A stretch of DNA of 5,114 nucleotides from Amoebophrya sp. A120. Taxonomy: Eukaryota; Protista; Dinoflagellata. Below, one piece after another: positions 1 to 5,114 of this stretch; positions within the stretch are counted from its first letter, which is position 1, and each line of letters begins with the position of its first letter. The translations under genes and the position numbers were made by a program. The stretch is from positions 14,330 to 19,443 of the forward strand of contig CAJINV010000049.1 of assembly GCA_905178155.1 (NCBI GenBank), read 5' to 3'. The notes under the pieces were generated by a model that was not told the origin of the DNA, ran no database searches, and saw nothing but the letters and a program-made list of their open reading frames with translations.

Positions 1-627
1 AGCAAGCAAAAATATAAGATCACGTCGACGCTTACGCTTTTGCAAATAATCCCAGCGAAAAAGAGCCTCACATCGATGATCCGTGTCATGGTGTAGCCCG
101 AGCCTTTGCAGCGGGCTTCGACGAAAAAAAGTAGGGGCACATCAACACACGACATTTCTTGCACGTGCACTTGAATAATGATCGGACATTAAGAACGAAA
201 AAAACTACGAACAGCTCATTTATCATATAGGCGATCTGCTACTTTGAACTAGAATTATTAGATCTACAACTGGCTGCGAACAGGGAGAGCAGTGGAAGAT
301 TCCTGCTGGTGCTAGTACTTGCAATCACGAGATGAAAGTGCTGCCAAGAAGCGCGAGAAATGCAGAACTTATCTTCATTGTGCTCCGACACACCCTTCTA
401 CTTCCCGTTGAAGTCGAGCTTGGACCGCCACTGTGACTTGCGCACGTGCTTGCGTCTTACACTTCCAGTAGTTTCTCTTTCTAGTTTTTTCACCAACACC
501 ACGCACATGCACACGTTGGAATTCGAAATCGAAACATCACCTGGATGCACTCTAGAAATTGTACAACGCTTTCGTTAATTCGAGTCGCAGACTTGGAGGA
601 ACTAAGTTCTCTTCCGCTGCTAGGATA

Positions 628-769
628 TGCAGTGCAAAAGTATCGTACTCGTATAAATGCATATACAAATTTCCTCAGCATGAGAAATAAAATTTGTAAT
701 GCTGATCTACCTCAAGAAAAAGATTTGTAATTCATGCTTGCAATACGAATACGATACTTTTGCACAGGA
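628..769 (+). mobile_element. MITE-like non-autonomous element, copy A (strand arbitrary, used as reference)
   Basis: Terminal inverted repeats 632-654 (gtgcaaaagtatcgtactcgtat) and 743-765 (atacgaatacgatacttttgcac) match at 22/23. They extend imperfectly to 628/769 (tgca vs tcct). TA at 626-627 and 770-771 is a candidate target-site duplication. No coding capacity; two more copies nearby. Confidence 0.7.
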
Positions 770-866
770 TATAGGAACTCGTTGAACCACTGCAGTTTGT
801 AGGCCAGATGCGCCGTGGCTTCGCGTCCGCTGACCAGGAGATCCGAAACTTCAATGTATAGTTGTA

Positions 867-1000
867 TACAATGCAAAAGTATCGTACTCGTCATGCATTA
901 CAAATTTTCATCGTAAGGCAGATCCGCATTACAAATTCAATTTGTAATGCAAACCCAATTTGTAATGGAATTCATACTAGTACGATGCTTTTGCACAGGA
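867..1000 (-). mobile_element. MITE-like element, copy B (internally opposite orientation to A)
   Basis: 872-891 is identical to A 633-652 (20 bp) and is the inverted repeat of 976-995 (18/20). The end ttttgcacagga|ta matches the right end of A. TA at 865-866 and 1001-1002. Interior is colinear with copy C. Confidence 0.65.
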
Positions 1001-1025
1001 TACAAGGTCCTGGTTGACAAAAGCC

Positions 1026-1066
1026 GTTGCAATCAGCTCCATCCGGTGCTTCGCCACGAAGTCCGA
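1026..1066 (+). repeat. Short module R2, copy 1
   Basis: gcaatcagctccatccggtgcttcgccacgaagtccga (1029-1066) is identical to 1593-1630 (38 bp). 1026-1063 matches 2379-2416 with one mismatch. Confidence 0.95.
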
Positions 1067-1186
1067 TCGTATTGCAGTCATGCATTACAAATCCCTGCGT
1101 CAAGGAAAATCAGCATTACAAATTTTATTTCTCATGCTGAGGAAATTTGTAATGCATTTATACGAGTACGAGACTTTTGCAAAACA
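1067..1186 (-). mobile_element. MITE-like element, copy C, truncated at its left end
   Basis: 1109-1181 is the reverse complement of A 633-706 with one mismatch and one 1-nt indel. 1067-1108 matches the rest of A more loosely. The outer part of the left TIR is absent and repeat R2 abuts it. TA at 1187-1188. Confidence 0.65.
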
Positions 1187-1295
1187 TACGAGTCCCAGAA
1201 CCGCGGTTTTTACAAAGGATATTCCTGCATGCTGATGATGTTTCTCATGCAGAGCCCCATGAGAGGCATTTTCTAGTCGTGCTTCGGAATTTGTC

Positions 1296-1421
1296 ATGCT
1301 CCGTTCAGCATAGCAGGCTAGATCGCTGTAGCAAACGGTGGACTGCTCTCGCTGTTCCTGCAATACAGTTTTTTTATAGAATCCAGAGGCAGCATCACAG
1401 GTTCCATCTTTCCACACCCAG
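1296..1421 (+). repeat. Diverged repeat R3, copy a
   Basis: Core tgcaatacagtttttttatagaatccagaggcagcatcacaggttccatctttccacacccag aligns with 1714-1775. Weaker similarity upstream, possibly back to ~1235 (compare 2223-2275). Boundaries approximate. Confidence 0.8.
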
Positions 1422-1518
1422 GCATATTTGGAACGCATACAGCACCCGGTCCCACTCCCGAACGGTTCGGATCAGGTCGGCGGTCGTGGAGATGGGGACT
1501 TTGTTGGTTGTTGTAGTA

Positions 1519-1563
1519 GCTTATGCAATACAAATTTCCCGTACATCTACAACATGCATCAAA
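1519..1563 (+). repeat. Diverged repeat R3, short degenerate copy d
   Basis: gcttatgcaatacaaattt...gcatcaaaa versus gcttatgcaatacagattt...gcatcacaa at 2333-2378. Confidence 0.6.
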
Positions 1564-1573
1564 ACAAATTTTA

Positions 1574-1630
1574 CCATCCGGTGTTTCGCCACGCAATCAG
1601 CTCCATCCGGTGCTTCGCCACGAAGTCCGA
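1574..1630 (+). repeat. Short module R2, partial copy plus full copy 2 in tandem
   Basis: ccatccggtgtttcgccacg (1574-1593) is followed directly by the full 38-mer (1593-1630). Confidence 0.95.
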
Positions 1631-1638
1631 GGTGATGA

Positions 1639-1792
1639 TGAGCTTCCTGATGCCAGTTCCGCATGACAAGTGCCCTCCCCGCGTAGCACAAACTGGGCGC
1701 CTCTTGCTGGTCATGCAATACAGATTTTTTTAGAGTCCAAAGTTAGCATCACAAGTTCCAACTTTCCAGACCCAGACTCAGACATTTTTACA
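1639..1792 (+). repeat. Diverged repeat R3, copy b
   Basis: 1639-1757 is colinear with 2262-2381 (gatgcc..ttccgcatgacaa.tgccctc....cgtagca.aaa...ttgctg.t.atgcaatacagattttttt...tccaaa...agcatcacaagtt). Tail 1764-1792 has an inverted match at 2164-2186. Confidence 0.9.
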
Positions 1793-2163
1793 ATCCATAT
1801 CCCTCGCGGCCCTCTCTGCTGTCTCTCTTCGTCCCGCAAAATCTTGCGGTAGTTGTGCGCCAACAGGGAGCGAAATTTGGGCTGCAGCAGGAGTAAGTTC
1901 TCCTGGCTCGTCGCGGCATTTCTACCGGATGAAGCTCGCTGCTGTTCTACTTCTACAGAATCTAGTACACCCCAACCGCGTCGCCCGGAACTCTGCATGG
2001 TACCATTGTCGCAGGAGCCGCCCCTGCTGTCAACATCTCCTGCACATGCTGCTCCACGACCTCCAGAGCATATTAAAAGACCACCCGGATTTGAGCGCTG
2101 CTGCTGGCGGTACATAGCCCAACAGGGTCCGTGGATTTTGGCCTTGCAGGTTGGGCTATCAAA

Positions 2164-2217
2164 TGTAAAAATGTCTGGGTCTGGAAGATTCTGAGACTTG
2201 TCATGCAAGTTTGGCAT
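2164..2217 (-). repeat. Inverted, internally deleted R3 fragment
   Basis: Reverse complement of 2164-2186 (ttccagacccagacatttttaca) equals 1764-1792 minus a 6-nt tcagac duplication. Reverse complement of 2196-2217 (atgccaaacttgcatgacaagt) resembles 1650-1671 (atgccagttccgcatgacaagt). Confidence 0.8.
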
Positions 2218-2261
2218 GAGCCATGATATCTGTGATGCATGCCCTAGCATCAGAGATTTTT

Positions 2262-2381
2262 TGAGGGCTTCTGGATGCCTATTCCGCATGACAAATGCCC
2301 TCTTCCCGTAGCAAAAAGACACTCCCTTTGCTGCTTATGCAATACAGATTTTTTTGGAATCCAAATGCAGCATCACAAGTT
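2262..2381 (+). repeat. Diverged repeat R3, copy c
   Basis: ~120 bp direct repeat of 1639-1757. It ends where R2 copy 3 begins (shared gtt). Confidence 0.9.
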
Positions 2382-2422
2382 GCAATCAGCTCCATCCGGT
2401 GTTTCGCCACGAAGTCAGAGGT
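2379..2422 (+). repeat. Short module R2, copy 3
   Basis: gttgcaatcagctccatccggtgtttcgccacgaagtc (2379-2416), then agaggt versus cgaggt in copy 2. Confidence 0.95.
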
Positions 2423-2547
2423 TGGAACCGCAAAATGAAAATGGTGAAAGTAGAGGAAATCTACTTCTGATGGTGATGACACCGTCGTGGTCACCGCAGC
2501 AGCTTGAACTTGATGATTCGCAGCTGTTGCAGTTGTGGCGTTCAACA

Positions 2548-2591
2548 TCGCGTTGCCCTTGATGTTACTACCACCTCCAGTTGTCGACGTG
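2548..2591 (+). repeat. Short module R4, copy 1
   Basis: tcgcgttgcccttgatgttactaccacctccagttgt (2548-2584) is identical to 3162-3198 (37 bp). It continues cgacgtg versus tgatgtg (two CpG to TpG differences). Confidence 0.95.
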
Positions 2592-3296
2592 GTTCAGGTC
2601 CTTGGCAACCGCTTCTCTCGCGTATTGCCAGAGTTTTCGGAGATTGCGCTCGAGAGCATCTGCATTATCGTTATCGTCTTGTTGGATATTCTTTCCAAAG
2701 GGCTGTGAGAAATCGTGGTTGGTCTTCATGATCTCCAGCTTCCGCTGCTGAAAACACCGCACCAGACAGGACACCGCAAACGCGAGCGACGTCACCATCG
2801 GGGAAATGGCCGCCGGAGGCACAGGCCTCAAAGAATCAAGGGAAGGACCCATGTAGTCGTGGGCCTCCCTTTTGTGCGCGAGAAAATCTTTTTGGCGCTG
2901 CAGTGTATTTTCTTTCATCCGCACCCCTCTCACAAGCCGCCACAGCTTCATGGCCATCTGCTGCAAGTCTTCGCAAGAATTTTTAGTCCCGCTTGATGTT
3001 GTATTAGCTTGTTGTTGTTCACAATGCCGCGCCAGCGCTGGTAGTAGGTCCCGCGTTGCAATTTTGCAGTCCACGTCGAACGCTTTCTGGGCGTGTAGTG
3101 CTGCTCGACTGGTACTGTCCCTTCCAGAAGCAACCTCATCTGACGAAGTACAAGTCCATCCTCGCGTTGCCCTTGATGTTACTACCACCTCCAGTTGTTG
3201 ATGTGAGCAGGCTTCGCCGAACCGGCCGGGAACCTCTTGAGGCAGTGCATTAGAGTAGAAGAAAAAAAATCCGCTTCCCCAGCCCTTTCGCCACAT
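2568..3296 (-). CDS. Possible hypothetical protein or gene fragment (242 aa ORF), function unknown
   Basis: Longest ORF in the window, ATG to TAG. The central part has protein-like, helix-prone composition (EDLQQMAMKLWRLVRG, DALERNLRKLWQYAREAVAKDL). No domain recognised. It crosses R4 copy 2 and stops inside R4 copy 1 in a different frame, so it may be a rearranged remnant. Confidence 0.25.
   Translation of the reverse strand: MWRKGWGSGFFFFYSNALPQEVPGRFGEACSHQQLEVVVTSRATRGWTCTSSDEVASGRDSTSRAALHAQKAFDVDCKIATRDLLPALARHCEQQQANTTSSGTKNSCEDLQQMAMKLWRLVRGVRMKENTLQRQKDFLAHKREAHDYMGPSLDSLRPVPPAAISPMVTSLAFAVSCLVRCFQQRKLEIMKTNHDFSQPFGKNIQQDDNDNADALERNLRKLWQYAREAVAKDLNHVDNWRW
3162..3205 (+). repeat. 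Short module R4, copy 2
   Basis: 37 bp identical to 2548-2584. Confidence 0.95.
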
Positions 3297-3570
3297 CCTT
3301 GTCCGGACACTCCGGCATCATGTTGCCCATGAAGGGCAAAATGTCCTTTTTCCCCTGCAAGACAGCGCGCCGAAGAGCAACGCGGCGACGCGCATTCCAG
3401 AGAACCCGCTGCCCGCGCCCTACCGCTGCTTGCCGTCTGCTGATGTATGTCATTTCCACCGCGACGAGCCGTCGGCGTCGTGCCTGCACGTCAACCCGCT
3501 CATGAAAAATTTTGAAATTTTGGCTGTGGTGGATTTTTTCGTTTGGTAAGAACCGAATCGCATTTACCTT

Positions 3571-3604
3571 CTGTGGAGCAGTGCGTAAACGATGGAAGGA
3601 GGAT
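3571..3604 (+). repeat. Short module R5, copy 1
   Basis: ctgtggagcagtgcgtaaacgatggaaggaggat matches 4593-4626 at 33/34. Confidence 0.95.
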
Positions 3605-3608
3605 TGCC

Positions 3609-3709
3609 TACCATACGGCTAGTAACAAGTACATTGCTCTTTATGTTTAATTGTGTTACAACTGGTTTGTAAAAAAAAAACTGGAAGAAATGCTGTAGGA
3701 AAAAAAAAA
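3609..3709 (+). repeat. Diverged repeat R6, copy 1
   Basis: Colinear with 4139-4231: ctagtaacaag ... ttgtgtt ... tggttt-A-run ... aaatgctgYag-A-run. Confidence 0.8.
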
Positions 3710-4138
3710 TGTTGTCGAAAAAGAACTATAACTTATCCTCCAGGAGAGCAAGGACATTTTCATAAGAAACAGCTCCAAAAGCAGAACTTCCATGAATGTA
3801 ATACTACTTGATAAAAACAAGACTCTAGTAAAACTGGGAGGCAGTGACTCACTTCGGCATCCTACACAGTGGCGGCTTTGTAATAAATAGCACGATGCCG
3901 AACGAGGAGCATGGAGTCTCTGTTTTATTTGTAATCCGGGGATACCGACGGGTGATGAGTAGCGTTGCATTTAATGTACTGGAGGTTGTGGGTGTCCTAG
4001 TCGTTCTACGTATAGAATGTGAATGAATTCCGATCAAAGAAGCAGTCTTCGTCTGAACCATACTTCTCCTACCTCAAAAATCCGCTAGCGTTGGTGGCAC
4101 AAAAAATAGACTGCCTCTACCTGCAGTCCTGCTCCGAT

Positions 4139-4231
4139 TATCATGCGACTAGTAACAAGCACCAGCCTACCTTGTTTCTGTTGTGTTTGTGGTTTTCAAA
4201 AAAAATCGCATAAAATGCTGCAGAAAAAAAA
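4139..4231 (+). repeat. Diverged repeat R6, copy 2
   Basis: Same ordered blocks as 3609-3709. Confidence 0.8.
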
Positions 4232-4592
4232 CGGCAATTGAAGGAAGTAGAAGGGAAAAGAAAAGCGTCGCCAGTTGCCTCGTCGACAGGCGCTTCGATC
4301 TGTTGTGAGTGAAGAGAGGCGGGATTTTCTCGTGCCTGGACATCGAATCAAACACCGCTTGAGTCCTGTGGGAAAATCTCCTCCCCCGACAATCACACTT
4401 ATGAGGTCTGCAACATATGCATAGCGATCAGTTGCATAAGTGCAACTAATCAAAATCATGATGCTGCAGACATCTGATGACTTCAATCTGTTCAATCTTC
4501 TATATCACAGTGCTATTGTTCTTGCTGTTGCAGAAGCGGAGCTATAAATTAGTCACTAAGTAGATCAGATTACTAGAAACCCGGCAAAAACC

Positions 4593-4626
4593 CTGTGGAC
4601 CAGTGCGTAAACGATGGAAGGAGGAT
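4593..4626 (+). repeat. Short module R5, copy 2
   Basis: 33/34 identical to 3571-3604. Confidence 0.95.
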
Positions 4627-4706
4627 ATCCAAAAAAAAAATGTTAACATTAACATTTTCACTAGTCAACTTTTTCGCATATTTTCGTGTGATTTTTTTTT
4701 CATGCC

Positions 4707-4722
4707 AAGTAGTGCACTACTT
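4707..4722. other. Perfect 16-bp palindrome aagtagtgcactactt
   Basis: Self-reverse-complementary with no spacer. Confidence 0.9.
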
Positions 4723-4790
4723 TAGCTACTCCAAATAGAACCCACGGCCAACTAGCTAGATTTCTATGCTATTGCTGAGAGCTAGCTAGG

Positions 4791-5114
4791 CTAAGGGCTG
4801 CCGGCGCGGCGGACGTGAAGGAAAACAAGAGGCGCGGCGGACGTGAAGGAAACGACGTTGCCCTTGATGTTACTACCACCTCCAGTTGTCTCGACGGAAG
4901 AGTCAGTCGGCGTGGAACAACCCGACGTGCATGAATCGCCGCAGTCTGTCGTCGGTGTGGAGCCCCCTGTGGGGGAGAAGGTTGTAGAATGGTCGTCGGC
5001 ACTATTATCCACTTTCCCTTCTGGCACGGATTGCAAAGCGAAAGCTTCGCCCGGAAGGCCGTTCGTCGCAGCCGCTGCTGGCCCGACAGCGCACGACGCA
5101 TCTGCCCGCTCCAG
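4791..5114 (-). CDS. Possible 3' part of a Ser/Thr/Gly-rich low-complexity ORF, open at the right window edge
   Basis: The frame of ORF 4791-5036 is open to base 5114 (LERADASCAVGPAAAATNGLPGEAFALQSVPEGK...TTGGGSNIKGN...). GC-rich; no domain recognised. Confidence 0.2.
   Translation of the reverse strand: MERADASCAVGPAAAATNGLPGEAFALQSVPEGKVDNSADDHSTTFSPTGGSTPTTDCGDSCTSGCSTPTDSSVETTGGGSNIKGNVVSFTSAAPLVFLHVRRAGSP
4803..4852 (+). repeat. Tandem duplication, 22-bp unit with 28-bp period
   Basis: ggcgcggcggacgtgaaggaaa at 4803-4824 and 4831-4852. Confidence 0.95.
4856..4890 (+). repeat. Short module R4, copy 3
   Basis: cgttgcccttgatgttactaccacctccagttgtc is identical to 2551-2585 (35 bp). Confidence 0.95.

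Larger units (their letters stand above)
659..1155. repeat. Iterated 11-bp motif GCATTACAAAT / ATTTGTAATGC inside the MITE copies
   Basis: Copies at 659-670 (+1 nt), 692-702, 723-733, 895-905, 926-936, 940-950, 958-968, 1082-1092, 1113-1123, 1145-1155. Degenerate copies at 678-688 and 1127-1137. Confidence 0.9.

Noticed and set aside
95-130. Hairpin agcccg...cgggct followed by an A-run as an intrinsic terminator
   Set aside because: Only a 6-bp stem with a long loop; no U-tract follows the stem on either strand, and there is no upstream gene or bacterial context.
160-449. Two G-box/E-box palindromes gcacgtgc (161-168, 442-449)
   Set aside because: Short motifs with no identified downstream gene or start site; not distinguishable from chance.
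622-772. aggatat direct repeat on either side of MITE A as a 7-bp TSD
   Set aside because: The left copy is not adjacent to the core TIR, and aggata also follows copy B, so it is better explained as terminus plus TA.
490-1276. Short ORFs sharing peptides (MLRKFV, NFLSMRNKICNAD, IRVRYFC)
   Set aside because: The shared peptides come from the palindromic MITE DNA read on both strands, not from evidence of coding.
1711-2322. 203-aa minus-strand ORF as a gene
   Set aside because: Both ends run through R3 repeat pieces in opposite orientations and no domain is recognisable; treated only as coding-like cargo.
4325-4370. PPR-like peptide TQAVFDSMSRHE on the minus strand
   Set aside because: A single half-motif with no flanking PPR repeat consensus; too short to support.
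312-4665. Helitron 3' ends at the several CTAG|T sites
   Set aside because: I saw no convincing GC-rich subterminal hairpin about 10-12 nt upstream of these sites.
4659-4714. 56-bp mini CACTA element (cacta...tagtg)
   Set aside because: The TIR match is essentially only 5 bp and there is no 3-bp TSD (ttt versus cac).
1026-4890. CRISPR array suggested by 35-38 bp identical repeats
   Set aside because: Copies are 564-1691 bp apart, irregular and of three unrelated types; there are no ~30-40 bp spacers and no cas-like ORF.

Overview
Repeat-rich, apparently eukaryotic DNA with no long ORFs, operon structure, RNA genes or CRISPR array, and no gene I can name. A compact plant-like genome is a guess only. 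The window is a mosaic of five things. (1) Three copies of one ~120-142 bp TA-flanked, largely palindromic MITE-like element (628-1186) built on an 11-bp GCATTACAAAT motif. (2) A diverged ~120-190 bp repeat family (R3; four direct copies and one internally deleted inverted copy, 1296-2381). (3) Three unrelated 34-38 bp modules (R2, R4, R5), each recurring almost perfectly, with R2 sitting at junctions between other repeats. (4) A ~100 bp duplicated A/T-rich segment (R6). (5) GC-richer, coding-looking minus-strand patches, the longest ORF being 242 aa at 2568-3296 with no recognisable domain. The most unusual signal is the contrast between near-identical ~35-bp modules and the much more diverged repeats around them. 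I cannot support a claim of a new functional system from the sequence alone.
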